NCBI GenBank assembly: GCA_028279595.1
Contig: JANQNK010000020.1
Span: 224,001-288,000, forward strand
Direction of reading: 5' to 3'
DNA length: 64,000 nt
Origin: Thermoplasmatota archaeon
GTDB taxonomy: Archaea > Thermoplasmatota > JAKEGO01
The notes beneath the pieces are model-generated. The model searched no databases, was not told the origin of the DNA, and saw only the letters and a list, made by a program, of their open reading frames with translations. Both the position numbers and the translations under genes were made by a program. Position 1 is the stretch's first letter. Each line of letters opens with the position of its first letter. Shown here piece after piece: positions 36,473 to 46,439 of this stretch.

Positions 36473-38566
36473 TCATTCCGGCGGCGAGACGGTTACGAGG
36501 TCATAGATACCTTCGACACCGGCAGCGTACCTCGTGTTCGTGTAGAAATGCTTCCTTCGGACCACCTCGACCTCGAAGCCATCGATACCGACGGTCGAAT
36601 TCTCGAAGCTCATTATCGTGGTCCTGTTGTTGAAAGGCGAGATGTCCCTGATGTACGCAGCCGTCCCGTTCTCCCGCCAACCGAAGGAGACGTCGTCGCT
36701 CCACAGCTGCGGCCTGACGTAGACAAGCTGGACGATCCCCACCCGGTTCCCGTCTATCGAGCACCTGAAGCCCAGTTCGTTGTCCATCAGTTCGTGGTCC
36801 AGTTGTCCGCCTTCGTGCTCCCCGGGAGCCAGTGTGCTCGCCGTCGAATACGAGTTCCCGTTCAGGACGACGCTCATCATCCTCGTGAAGGACCCGTTGG
36901 CGACCCTCGACAGGCTCCAGGCGTCCATGAAGTATGTCTGGTTCGTGCCCCGGAACCTAACCTTTGGCTGGATGAACCAGACGTCAGGGTCGACAGGTAC
37001 CGTGAAGTTGCTGCTGATCCAGGTATAGTTCTCATCCACAGGTACGTTCGAGAGCACGGTAATGTTGGCAGCGAGGTCGTCCAGGTCCCTGTAGGTCGGG
37101 ATGGTGATATCAAGGTCCAATGTGCCGGTGCCGTTCACGGACCTGACGTATACCCCGAACTCGTACTCCTTGCCCGGGACCGCTATGGCGGTGTTGTATG
37201 GGACGTTCCCTTCGATGTGCTTTCCCGCGTTCGAGGGACTGGTCGCGATCTCCAGTACCTTTCCCCCCGGGACCTTGATGAAGTCGTCCTCCTCGGCGCT
37301 GTACAGGTTCAGAAGGGCCTCGTCCCCCCTGACGGAATAGAAATATCCCCTTGTCGCCAGATTGGAGTCGAATCCGATCAGGTCGGCATTGTCAAGATGT
37401 TCAGTCACGTCTGAACCGATCAGTTCGATCAGGTAGTCCTCTGCCACCATGTGGTTGTTCCAGGTCCATGTCTGGCCGTCCATGACCTGCTTGGGAATGC
37501 TGTACCATTCCATGCCGGACGATGAAACGGAGTTGTCCATTTCCTCCCTGAGGTAGGGCAGGCCGGTAACCTCGAAATCCTGATAGGTGCCGTTGGCCGA
37601 GTCCCAGAGCTGGATGGCTACCTCCGAGTCCGTGATGGAGAAGATGTAGGACCAGCCGCCCTGGTCGAGCCCGGTGGTGTACCTCCCGTTGGAAGGAACC
37701 AGGACGAACGTGCAATCGTCGTCCCATGTCTCCCCATGGAGGTCGTGGGCGATCGTGTCATAACCCTTCTCCTTGTGACCGTGGATGTACAGGACGATCT
37801 GTGGATTGTCGTCGAAGAGGGAATACCACCAGTCTATATCGTTGTGGACCCCGTAGTCGTTGCCGTTCCAGGAACTGGACCTGTCATGTCCGGCTCCCGT
37901 GGTCTCGGCCGTTGCCTGATGGCTCAGGATCACCGTCGTGTGATCCCCATACCTGTCGACGAGGTACTCTATCCATGTCTCCTGATACTGCGATAGATCG
38001 TAGAGCACATTCGTCTGGGCGGCGCAGATGAACAGGACATTGTTGTACATGAAGGCGTAGTTGTTCTCGTTCATGCCGGAGATGGACCGCCCAAGCCGCT
38101 CCTTGCGCACCGGATCGCCGTCGACCATGTTGTCGTAGTTCGTTATGTCATGGTTCCCGAACGTCCAGAAGTACGGTATCCTCTGGTGGTCAGCGTTGTT
38201 GGCGACTATCTGACGCCAAGTGTAATCGACATCGGTCCATTTGCCGGGCATCCTGCTGTCGCTGATCCAGTCCCCCATGGTCGCGATCACGAAGTCCATC
38301 TCGGGAAGGTCTGGGTGGTCCATCCAGTCCTCGATGGTGTCCGTGTCGTGCGGTGGAACCATTCCGTTGGAGGCTCCGTAATGCTGGTCGGCACTCACTC
38401 CGAAATGGATGACGTCACCCCGAAGGTCGTAGACCGTCGGTGGTTCATCGATCTCTTCCTTCTCGTCATCATCATCACTGTCGAAACAACCCTGAAGGCC
38501 TGTTAGTAGCAGAATTATTGTGAGAAGAACTACGATCGGTCGGTCAATCGGATGTGTCCGCCCCAT
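36473..38566 (-). CDS. Exported lipoprotein-like metallophosphoesterase (calcineurin-like) with C-terminal beta-domains
   Basis: Hydrophobic stretch plus LQGC lipobox-like motif; D-Q-H, GD, GNHD, H and GH metal motifs. Start uncertain. Confidence 0.78.
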   Translation of the reverse strand: MGRTHPIDRPIVVLLTIILLLTGLQGCFDSDDDDEKEEIDEPPTVYDLRGDVIHFGVSADQHYGASNGMVPPHDTDTIEDWMDHPDLPEMDFVIATMGDWISDSRMPGKWTDVDYTWRQIVANNADHQRIPYFWTFGNHDITNYDNMVDGDPVRKERLGRSISGMNENNYAFMYNNVLFICAAQTNVLYDLSQYQETWIEYLVDRYGDHTTVILSHQATAETTGAGHDRSSSWNGNDYGVHNDIDWWYSLFDDNPQIVLYIHGHKEKGYDTIAHDLHGETWDDDCTFVLVPSNGRYTTGLDQGGWSYIFSITDSEVAIQLWDSANGTYQDFEVTGLPYLREEMDNSVSSSGMEWYSIPKQVMDGQTWTWNNHMVAEDYLIELIGSDVTEHLDNADLIGFDSNLATRGYFYSVRGDEALLNLYSAEEDDFIKVPGGKVLEIATSPSNAGKHIEGNVPYNTAIAVPGKEYEFGVYVRSVNGTGTLDLDITIPTYRDLDDLAANITVLSNVPVDENYTWISSNFTVPVDPDVWFIQPKVRFRGTNQTYFMDAWSLSRVANGSFTRMMSVVLNGNSYSTASTLAPGEHEGGQLDHELMDNELGFRCSIDGNRVGIVQLVYVRPQLWSDDVSFGWRENGTAAYIRDISPFNNRTTIMSFENSTVGIDGFEVEVVRRKHFYTNTRYAAGVEGIYDLVTVSPPE

Positions 38567-38987
38567 CCGCGCCCTCCTCCGTCTTCCCTTCGCCGTCATC
38601 CGGACCCGAACTGGGTTTGACACCCTTTAATCCCTTCGGCCGTCTCCTCCGGGGGCGGCGGAAGCCGATGAGGCCGTTCATCTCCATTATCCTCAGAAGA
38701 TAGGCCAGACGCGGATAGAGTGGTTCGATCCTCTCGCCGAACTCGTCGTGCATCGTCTCTCCGATCTCGCGTACGGTCCGCTTCCCATCGATGAGCTTCC
38801 AGGCCGCAGTGGACCTTGCGTCGAGATTGATGGAGACCTCTATGGGGAACCCGAAGGCCTTCGCCGCCTTCTCCTTCCATGGTTTCGAGAACTTGGGTCT
38901 GACGATCCGGACCTTGCCGTCCACGGTCTTCCCCTTCACCCTTCGGTAGGGGACCTTCTCAAGAACGTTCTCTCTCACTTGTTCCAT
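38544..38987 (-). CDS. PqqD/RRE-like small protein
   Basis: LDARSTAAWKLIDGKRTVREIG...RLAYLLRIMEMNGLI winged-helix pattern; overlaps the OPT stop. Confidence 0.8.
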   Translation of the reverse strand: MEQVRENVLEKVPYRRVKGKTVDGKVRIVRPKFSKPWKEKAAKAFGFPIEVSINLDARSTAAWKLIDGKRTVREIGETMHDEFGERIEPLYPRLAYLLRIMEMNGLIGFRRPRRRRPKGLKGVKPSSGPDDGEGKTEEGADGADTSD

Positions 38988-40963
38988 AGGTCATCCCACA
39001 GCTCCCTGACCGAGGACTTCTCTATCAGGGTCCGGAGCGAAACGTATCCGAGCAATATAACGAAGTATGCGAACATCAGCATGCTGGGCCAGGCGGCCGG
39101 ATCGGTGAATATCGCCATCTCGATCTCCGCCATGACAAGTGCGGCGACGATCACGCCCATGAGGGCCTCGCCCGCGATCAGGCCAGAGCTGAACAGGATG
39201 CCGTTGTGGCCTGTCTGCTCCTTCTCCTCGTCTATCTTCTTCTTGATCTCATCGGGATGCAGATGATATGTACGTTTGATTGTGTGATTTTCAGCCACCT
39301 TCCCTACAGTATGCCTGAGGAGGCCGCCGATGAAGATCGGTACGGAGAGCGTGAACGGGAGGTAGATGCCGATGGCGACGGACATGATCGGTATCCTCAG
39401 AATGATGAGCCCGAAGGCGATTATCATCCCGAGCGCCACCATGTCGTACGGCATGTCTCCCTCGAAGACGCCCTGCGTCACACCTGCGATGAGGCCTGCC
39501 TGCGGCGCCGGAAGCGAGGGGCTGCCGATCTCGTACGCGCTGTGAAGGGCTACCAAGGTCCAGCCGATGACGAGAGCGGCTGCGATGACCCCGATGAACT
39601 CGGCGATCTGAAGGTTCCTGGGGGTCGCACCCAGAAGCTGCCCGGTCTTCAGGTCCTGCATGACGTCCCCTGCGATAGCAGCGGCGCAACACACCAGGGC
39701 AGCGACCAGGACCGTCGATGTCATTCCGGCATCACCCTCGGCGCCGAGGGCGACCAGCAACAGTGCCGCGAACAAGGCTGTCGCGACCGTTACCCCGGAG
39801 ATGGGATTGTTGGAACTTCCCACCAGTCCGGCTATGTATCCAGCTATCGCTGTGAAGAAGAACGCTGCCACTAGCATGACGACGCTCGACACTGACGCTA
39901 TCAACAGGTCCTCCGAGACCCACAGGTAGACGGCGAAGATCGGTATCACGAAGAGGAAGATGAGGGTCCAGGTGAGCTTCATGTTCATATCGAGCTCGGT
40001 CCTGATGACCTCCTTCTCGGTGTCCGTGCCGCCGAAAGCCTGACTGATGCCCTTGGTGATTGCCTGTCGCATGCTGAAGATCGAATATATTCCGCCCACC
40101 ACCATTGCGCCGACGCCGATGTACCTGATCTTCGTCGACCAGAGCACCGTGTAGACCCCGATGTCGTCCCACGGGCCGATCCAACCGGCCGGTTGGTCCG
40201 GCCATCCCTGGGTCATGCCGATCGCCGGAGCCAGGATGAACCATCCGAGGATGCCGCCCATGAAGATGTATGACGCGATCCTGAGGCCCACTATGTACCC
40301 AACGCTCATGAGCGCGGGCGAGAGGTTGGCGCCTCCGTAGAAGCGTCCCTTCCAGATCCGGGCGGTCGCCTGGACCTTCTCCCTGAATATCGAGAGACCG
40401 AACTCGGAGGATGCGAACTTGTAGGCCATCGCCGAGGCAAGGCCGACCATGACGTACTTGACGCCTGGACCACCCTCCTCCCCTGTCTTCAGGACCTCGG
40501 TCGCCGCCACTCCTTCGGGATACGGCAGGTCCAGGTCGACTATGAGGACCCGGCGGAGCGATATCGTGAAGAGGACTCCGAGACAGCCACCGACGAGGGC
40601 GATGATGGTCGTCTTGGTGACGTCGATCTCCGACCAGAGTCCGAGGACGAGCAATGCGGGAATGGTAAAGATGACACCCGCGGCCAGGCTCTCGCCGGCG
40701 GACGCCATGGTCTTCGCGAGGTTCGTCTCGAGGATCGTCGCATTCTCGACTATCCCGTACTTAGTGAGACCCCGGAAGACAGCGAGCGCAATGACAGCTG
40801 CCGGGATCGTCGCGGAGACGGTCATTCCAGCGTAGAGGCCGAGGTAGGCGTTCGCCGCCGCCATGACTATCGAGAGGAAGATACCGAGCATCACAGCCTT
40901 CGCTGTCAGCTCCGGAACCGTGACCTCAGGCGGTATGTATGGGACGAAATCCTTCTCTACCAT
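38975..40963 (-). CDS. OPT family oligopeptide transporter
   Basis: NAYLGLYAGMTVSATIP, YPEGVA, GSSNNPISG, QDLKTG and LPAPQA motifs. Confidence 0.95.
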   Translation of the reverse strand: MVEKDFVPYIPPEVTVPELTAKAVMLGIFLSIVMAAANAYLGLYAGMTVSATIPAAVIALAVFRGLTKYGIVENATILETNLAKTMASAGESLAAGVIFTIPALLVLGLWSEIDVTKTTIIALVGGCLGVLFTISLRRVLIVDLDLPYPEGVAATEVLKTGEEGGPGVKYVMVGLASAMAYKFASSEFGLSIFREKVQATARIWKGRFYGGANLSPALMSVGYIVGLRIASYIFMGGILGWFILAPAIGMTQGWPDQPAGWIGPWDDIGVYTVLWSTKIRYIGVGAMVVGGIYSIFSMRQAITKGISQAFGGTDTEKEVIRTELDMNMKLTWTLIFLFVIPIFAVYLWVSEDLLIASVSSVVMLVAAFFFTAIAGYIAGLVGSSNNPISGVTVATALFAALLLVALGAEGDAGMTSTVLVAALVCCAAAIAGDVMQDLKTGQLLGATPRNLQIAEFIGVIAAALVIGWTLVALHSAYEIGSPSLPAPQAGLIAGVTQGVFEGDMPYDMVALGMIIAFGLIILRIPIMSVAIGIYLPFTLSVPIFIGGLLRHTVGKVAENHTIKRTYHLHPDEIKKKIDEEKEQTGHNGILFSSGLIAGEALMGVIVAALVMAEIEMAIFTDPAAWPSMLMFAYFVILLGYVSLRTLIEKSSVRELWDDLWNK

Positions 40964-41081
40964 AGTTCTCCGGCTAGGTTATTGCTGTATGGCTCTTAAA
41001 GATGACTGTCAACGACATTATCATCCGTGTAACGACCGAACCATGGACCACCTTGGAACCGGTGATAAGACGGTCACCATT

Positions 41082-41097
41082 CGAAAACGTTATAAAA
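41082..41097 (+). promoter_or_regulatory. BRE/TATA promoter of the feo operon
   Basis: CGAAAA-CG-TTATAAAA about 60 nt upstream of feoA. Confidence 0.7.
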
Positions 41098-41110
41098 GAA
41101 GGCGTTATAC

Positions 41111-41143
41111 TTAAGTTGCGTTAAGTCAGTTAATCTTGCTTAA
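41111..41143. promoter_or_regulatory. Tandem TTAA-N6-TTAA operator sites (DtxR/IdeR-like metal repressor boxes)
   Basis: TTAAGTTGCGTTAA (41111-41124) and TTAATCTTGCTTAA (41130-41143), just downstream of the TATA box of an iron-uptake operon. Confidence 0.55.
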
Positions 41144-41158
41144 CTCGGAGGCCCTCGA

Positions 41159-41629
41159 GTGGACGAGACGACCCTCGACAAGATCGAGCCAGGCAATGCT
41201 GCCGTCGTTACACGCGTTGGCAGGCATGGCCATGGAAGGAGGCGCCTCATGGCCATGGGAATGGTCCCGGGTACCGAGATCGAGGTTCTCAGGAAGGCTC
41301 CGCTCGGCGACCCGGTCGAGTACAGGATAAAGGGTTACAGCCTCTCCATGAGGAAGGCTGATGCTGCCGACATCGAGGTCAGGCCGAACGGCGGTGTCAA
41401 TGGATTCTCCAGGCCGATGGCCACCATCCCCGAGGGCGATACCGGGCGAATCGTCGGTCTCCACGCTGGGAAGGGCCTGGCGCGGAAGCTCGAGAGAATG
41501 GGTTTCTCCCTCGGGTCCGAGATCCGGATACTCAGGACCGGAAGGGGAAGGCTGAAGGTCGAACTCGACGGAAGCGAGGTCGCTGTAGGCAAGGGCATGG
41601 CCATGAAGATCATGGTCGAACCCCTCTGA
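41159..41629 (+). CDS. feoA: Ferrous iron transport protein A (tandem FeoA-FeoA)
   Basis: RRRLMAMGMVPG...APLGDP, followed by a second unit RKLERMGFSLG...VAVGKGMA. Confidence 0.92.
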   Translation: MDETTLDKIEPGNAAVVTRVGRHGHGRRRLMAMGMVPGTEIEVLRKAPLGDPVEYRIKGYSLSMRKADAADIEVRPNGGVNGFSRPMATIPEGDTGRIVGLHAGKGLARKLERMGFSLGSEIRILRTGRGRLKVELDGSEVAVGKGMAMKIMVEPL

Positions 41630-41638
41630 GGTGTCATC

Positions 41639-43642
41639 TTGGCGCGCGAGACCTACCGGATAGCCCTCTCGGGAAACCCGAACGTCGGCAAGACCACCGT
41701 TTTCAATGCTATCACCGGAGCCAGACAGCACGTCGGCAACTGGCCGGGCGTGACCGTCGAACACATGGTCGGGAAGAAGCGGTTCCGGGGAGTCGACCTC
41801 GAGGTCGTGGACCTGCCAGGAACCTACAGCCTCACCGCATATTCCGCGGACGAGGTCGTCACCAGGGATTTCATCATCGACGAGAGACCGGACGTCGTCG
41901 TCCAGGTCGTCGACGCATCCAACATGGAACGGAACCTGTATCTCACGACCCAGCTTATGGAACTTGGGACAAGGGTCGTCATCGCCCTCAACATGGTCGA
42001 CATCGCCGACGCGAGGGGCGACACCATCGACACTGGACGGATGGAGGAGTTCCTGGAGATACCTGTCGTCAAGACCGTCGGCAGCAAGGGAGAGGGCATC
42101 GATGAGCTTCTGAACGTGATCATCGACGAGGCGCGGCTCGGTCCGCACCACGAGCACGAGATCGGTTACGGCGAGGAGCTGGAGGAGACAATCGCCCACC
42201 TAGTAAGGATAGTAGCGCGGGACCGGAAGATAAAGGACCGCTACCCCCTGAGATGGGTTGCCGTCAAGCTCCTTGAGGGTGACGAGAACGTACTCTCCAA
42301 GCTCAAGGGAAGTCCGGTCGAGAGGCAGGTACGACGATTCCTGAAGAAGGTCGACCAGGTCGAGATCGAGGCAGTCATGGCCGACAAACGTTACGAGGCC
42401 ATAAATGCAGTGCTGCCCCAGGTATGCACACGATGCGTCATCAGGATGTCCCCCTCGGACATGATAGACCGCGTCCTCACCAACAAGTACCTCGGGATCC
42501 CGATATTCCTCGCCCTGATGTGGGGGGCGTTCGAGCTCACGTTCACCGTTGCGGCACCGTTCATGTCGATGATAGACATCGGACTCGGCCACCTGGCTTC
42601 GGCGATCCATGCCAATGTTGCGCATGAAGGTTTGGCGTCCCTTTTGGCGGACGGGATCCTCGGCGGGGTCGGCTTCGTACTGATCTTCATGCCGAACATC
42701 TTCATCCTGTTCCTACTCCTCGCGATCCTCGAGGACAGCGGCTACATGTCCCGCGCTGCGTTCATCATGGACCGCCTGATGTACAAGCTCGGCCTTCACG
42801 GCAAGTCGTTCATCCCGATGCTCATGGGATTCGGCTGCAACGTCCCGGCGATAATGGCCACGAGGAGCATCGAGGACAGGAAGGACAGACTGATCACGAT
42901 ACTCGTCAACCCTTTCATGGCCTGCGGCGCCCGACTGCCCGTCTTCGTCCTCTTTGCAGGTGCCTTCTTCGGCCGTACCGCTGGTGCCGTGATCTTCTCG
43001 TTATACGTCCTCGGGATCGTCGTCGCCATCGTGACCGCGAAGCTCCTCAGGACGACGGTCCTCAAGGGGAGACCGGCTCCATTCATCATGGAACTGCCGC
43101 CATACCGACTACCTACGGTCCGGACCAGCGTCCTGCATATGTGGGACCATGGAAGGATGTACCTGAAGAAGGCAGGGACCATCATCCTTCTCGGGGCGAT
43201 CATCATGTGGTTCCTGGCCAGCTATCCGGCTGGTGTGAGCTACGGGAGCGGAAGTTCCTACGCGGGGATGATAGGACGCACAGTAGCGCCGTTCTTCGCT
43301 CCGATCGGCCTCGATTGGAGGATCGCGGTAGCCCTTCTCTTCGGATTCTTCGCAAAGGAGTTCGTCGTCGGGTCCCTTGGGGTTCTGTACGGGGTCGGCG
43401 ATACCGATTCAGGGGCCATCACGGACGCACTCAGGTCCGAGAGCGGCATCGAACCGGTCCACGCCTACGGGGCGATGGCATTCACCTTGCTGTACCTGCC
43501 ATGCCTTGCCACGGTCAGTGTCATCAGGAAGGAGACAGGGTCCTGGAGATGGACGATGTTCTCCGTACTATACGGTGTGGCCATAGCGTGGACGATCGCA
43601 TTCGCCATCGTGCGGATAGGCGTAATGTTGGGGTACGGGTGA
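41639..43642 (+). CDS. feoB: Ferrous iron transport protein B
   Basis: GNPNVGKT, GNWPGVTVE, DLPGTYSL and GFGCNVPA motifs plus a multi-TM domain. Confidence 0.97.
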   Translation: MARETYRIALSGNPNVGKTTVFNAITGARQHVGNWPGVTVEHMVGKKRFRGVDLEVVDLPGTYSLTAYSADEVVTRDFIIDERPDVVVQVVDASNMERNLYLTTQLMELGTRVVIALNMVDIADARGDTIDTGRMEEFLEIPVVKTVGSKGEGIDELLNVIIDEARLGPHHEHEIGYGEELEETIAHLVRIVARDRKIKDRYPLRWVAVKLLEGDENVLSKLKGSPVERQVRRFLKKVDQVEIEAVMADKRYEAINAVLPQVCTRCVIRMSPSDMIDRVLTNKYLGIPIFLALMWGAFELTFTVAAPFMSMIDIGLGHLASAIHANVAHEGLASLLADGILGGVGFVLIFMPNIFILFLLLAILEDSGYMSRAAFIMDRLMYKLGLHGKSFIPMLMGFGCNVPAIMATRSIEDRKDRLITILVNPFMACGARLPVFVLFAGAFFGRTAGAVIFSLYVLGIVVAIVTAKLLRTTVLKGRPAPFIMELPPYRLPTVRTSVLHMWDHGRMYLKKAGTIILLGAIIMWFLASYPAGVSYGSGSSYAGMIGRTVAPFFAPIGLDWRIAVALLFGFFAKEFVVGSLGVLYGVGDTDSGAITDALRSESGIEPVHAYGAMAFTLLYLPCLATVSVIRKETGSWRWTMFSVLYGVAIAWTIAFAIVRIGVMLGYG

Positions 43643-43646
43643 TAGA

Positions 43647-44096
43647 TTGCCTGGAAGGAGAGGTCCGAGGATAGCATTCGGGGCCATTGCCGGCGCCCTC
43701 TACCTCCTGTTCGGTCTCATGGAGGCGACCGCAGCTGCAGGGATCGTACTCCCAGAAATCCTTTTCGTTGGAGGCGACCCCATGGGCGCCTTCGTGCTGG
43801 TGATCGTCGGAGCGACCTTCCTATGGGGTTCATGGGAGATCCACCAGGGAATGGATGAAGGGATTGCATATATATACGTCGGAATAGTCCTCGCTCTAGC
43901 ATTCGCAATGATCTACGCTCTCGTGATGGGCGCGAACGCCGTCGAGGCAGGGCCGATCGGGAACGAGGACCTCTCGGACTGGGAGGCGTCCGATGACCTA
44001 AGACCGGGCCTGTACCTCGCCGTACTGCCGCTCATCGGGGTGATCGCGTGGAGGGACAGGTTCCGCCTGTCTGGACTGACGAAGGCGGGAAAATGA
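43647..44096 (+). CDS. Hypothetical membrane protein (about 4 TM) in the feo operon
   Basis: Hydrophobic segments; 4-nt gap after feoB. Confidence 0.7.
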   Translation: MPGRRGPRIAFGAIAGALYLLFGLMEATAAAGIVLPEILFVGGDPMGAFVLVIVGATFLWGSWEIHQGMDEGIAYIYVGIVLALAFAMIYALVMGANAVEAGPIGNEDLSDWEASDDLRPGLYLAVLPLIGVIAWRDRFRLSGLTKAGK

Positions 44097-44106
44097 CGAT
44101 ACGGAG

Positions 44107-44394
44107 ATGATGGAAATGATCAAGGATACGTTGAAAGCAATGGCCGGCGGAGTCGGTTCCGTGACCGGTATGGCGAAGGAGCTCGGTATCTCCAAGGAGG
44201 ATACCGAGTCAAGGATAGACGAGCTTCTGAAGATGGGCTACATCGAGCAGCTCCCCGAGCACATCTTCAAGCCCCAGTCGGGCGGCTGCATGGGATGCGG
44301 CCTCAACACCGCCTGTGCCGAGGGCGAGGGACCGGCGACCACCGAGAAGACCTACATGCTGACCGACAAGGGCATAAAGGTCGCCTTCGAGTGA
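44107..44394 (+). CDS. FeoC-like winged-helix protein with a Cys cluster
   Basis: HTH (MAKELGIS...LLKMGYI) followed by CMGCGLNTAC, at the end of the feo operon. Confidence 0.7.
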   Translation: MMEMIKDTLKAMAGGVGSVTGMAKELGISKEDTESRIDELLKMGYIEQLPEHIFKPQSGGCMGCGLNTACAEGEGPATTEKTYMLTDKGIKVAFE

Positions 44395-44436
44395 ACCTGA
44401 GAAAATAGTTATACCTGTAGAGTCTGTCGGTGGAAC

Positions 44437-45006
44437 ATGGACAGGGACTACGTCACCGTCGTGTCAGGTCTTCCGAGGTCCGGCACGTCGATGCTCATGA
44501 AGATGCTCGACGAGGGCGGTATCCCACCGCTCACGGACGAGATCAGGACCGCCGACGAGGACAATCCGAAGGGGTACTACGAGTTCGAGAGGGTGAAGAA
44601 GCTTCCCGACGACACCGAGTGGGTCCCCGAAGCGGTCGGAAGGGCCGTCAAGGTCCTCGCCGAACTCGTGACGCAGTTGCCTCCCGGCCACGAGTACAGG
44701 ATAGTGTTCATACACAGGAACATCGACGAGATCCTCGCGTCGCAGAAGAAGATGATCATCCGGCGCGGTGAGGACCCCGATGCGGTCCCTGATTCAGAAC
44801 TGAGGATGCTCTTCCAGACCTATCTCAAGATATTGAAGAGCTGGATCGATGGGCAGGACAACGTCGACGTCGTCTACGTCCACTACAACGAGATCCTGGA
44901 GGACCCGAGCGGCGCCATCGAGGCGATGGACGGGTTCCTTGGCGGACTCGACACGGAAGCGATGGCTGCAGCCATCGATGATAGGTTGTATCGCAACAGG
45001 GCTTGA
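44437..45006 (+). CDS. P-loop sulfotransferase family protein
   Basis: VSGLPRSGTSMLM PAPS-binding loop, NPKGYYE and R...ILASQ motifs. Confidence 0.85.
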   Translation: MDRDYVTVVSGLPRSGTSMLMKMLDEGGIPPLTDEIRTADEDNPKGYYEFERVKKLPDDTEWVPEAVGRAVKVLAELVTQLPPGHEYRIVFIHRNIDEILASQKKMIIRRGEDPDAVPDSELRMLFQTYLKILKSWIDGQDNVDVVYVHYNEILEDPSGAIEAMDGFLGGLDTEAMAAAIDDRLYRNRA

Positions 45007-45024
45007 GCCATCGGCTCATACAAT

Positions 45025-45546
45025 TCAATAATCGTACCTAACGGCCACGCCGTCCTCTATCTCCAGACCGTCAGCGTCGACACGGGTTATCCTGTGTCTC
45101 GCACCCACGTACTTGACCATCTCGATCCCGGCCTCGTCCAGCAGTTCCTTCGACAGATCGTCAGGATAACCTTCCATGTAGACGATCCTCTCGATCCCGC
45201 CGTTGATGAGGAGCTTCGAGCAGATGACGCACGGGTGAAGTGTCGTGTAGACCGTCGCTCCCGCGATAGGTGTACCGAACACTGCTGCTTGCACGATAGC
45301 ATTCTGTTCCGCGTGAACCCCGCGGCAGAGCTCGTGCCTCTCGCCGGCCGCTATCCCCAGCTGTTCCCTCATGCATCCGATGTCTAGGCAGTGCCTGAGC
45401 CCTTTGGGAGCACCATTGTATCCTGTGGCGATGATGTGCTTGTTCTTCACGAAGACGGCGCCGACCGCCCTTCGGGTGCAGGTGGTCCTCATCGCTACGA
45501 TCTCGGTGATCGCCATGAAGTATTCGTCTGTGTCGAGCCTCTTCAA
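45025..45546 (-). CDS. dCMP deaminase (cytidine/deoxycytidylate deaminase family)
   Basis: TC.RR.VGA, TGYNG, HAEQNA and PCVIC zinc motifs. TTG start overlaps the upstream stop. Confidence 0.93.
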   Translation of the reverse strand: MKRLDTDEYFMAITEIVAMRTTCTRRAVGAVFVKNKHIIATGYNGAPKGLRHCLDIGCMREQLGIAAGERHELCRGVHAEQNAIVQAAVFGTPIAGATVYTTLHPCVICSKLLINGGIERIVYMEGYPDDLSKELLDEAGIEMVKYVGARHRITRVDADGLEIEDGVAVRYDY

Positions 45547-46439
45547 TCGGGTCCTCTCCTCATCCTCTCCATCGTTTCCACGAACGTGACATACTCATCG
45601 AGCATTATGTCGAGGTCCCTCGACAGTATCGCCATGTCGTCGCCGAGCTTGTCTATACCGTTCTCGGAGACGGCGGCCTTGAACCTCTCCCTGACGCTCT
45701 TCAGGTCGGCAAGTGCCTCGTCGACGCTACCGGGTGGCCTCATGGCCCCGATCGATTCCCTCGCCTTCTCGACGAAACCGGTCGCCAGTGAGGGTGGTAT
45801 CTTCAGCGCATCCCTGATGTCCCTCGGGGGCTGCATGGCAAGAGTGCCGATGTTCTCGATCCCCCAGCGCCTCAGCTTCCGTGAGTACTTCGGTCCGATG
45901 CCCAGAAGGTACCTTGGAGAGGCCTGTATGACATCGAGCATGGAGTCGGGGTCGAACTCCCTGTTGAACATCGCCCTCACTTCGGGCGGGACCCGTGAGG
46001 CGGCCGCGATGTACTCGGCGGCGTCGATCCATCGGCGGATCTCGACCCTGTACTCCTCCGGGTCCAGTGCGGCGAGCATCGATAACGTCGTAACGCCGCT
46101 GTCCCAGAGGTCCCTTATGGCCTTCTGGTCGGCCTCGCTGATGAGTCCGATGTTGGCCGCGAGGGCGTCGCCTGGTTCGAGGGATTCGTCAAGGAAGTCC
46201 CTGATGAACGTGTCGTAGGCCTCGCGGGCCATCTTGCGAAGGGCGTTGATGTCCTTGGGCACGTTCCTGCCCGGTTCGACGCGGAGCATGTCCACAAGTC
46301 GCTCCACTCCCGCGTCGGTAAGTCGCTCCAGCGACCCCTCGGAGACAGCCATCGCCGAGACTGGGATGTTAAGGTCCTTCCATGGATTGCCCGTCGGCTC
46401 TATCTGCCCCTTCGCGCTCATCAGCCTCTGCCCATACAA
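45543..46439 (-). CDS. Helix-hairpin-helix repeat protein (DUF4332/RadA-N-like units)
   Basis: Three units resembling [24 protein letters not shown], with a coiled-coil C-terminus. The start may be 46421. Confidence 0.6.
   Translation of the reverse strand: MYGQRLMSAKGQIEPTGNPWKDLNIPVSAMAVSEGSLERLTDAGVERLVDMLRVEPGRNVPKDINALRKMAREAYDTFIRDFLDESLEPGDALAANIGLISEADQKAIRDLWDSGVTTLSMLAALDPEEYRVEIRRWIDAAEYIAAASRVPPEVRAMFNREFDPDSMLDVIQASPRYLLGIGPKYSRKLRRWGIENIGTLAMQPPRDIRDALKIPPSLATGFVEKARESIGAMRPPGSVDEALADLKSVRERFKAAVSENGIDKLGDDMAILSRDLDIMLDEYVTFVETMERMRRGPD

Noticed and set aside
38544-38987. RiPP or PQQ biosynthetic cluster
   Set aside because: No radical SAM enzyme, precursor peptide, peptidase or other pqq gene is nearby.
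41126-42199. 357-aa minus-strand ORF opposite feoAB and similar shadows (45391..46218, 46382..47302, 61208..62101)
   Set aside because: They lie almost entirely over well-supported genes on the opposite strand and show no motifs.
45025-45546. Anti-phage dCTP deaminase
   Set aside because: It is a short canonical dCMP deaminase with no fused kinase-like domain and no defence-island context.
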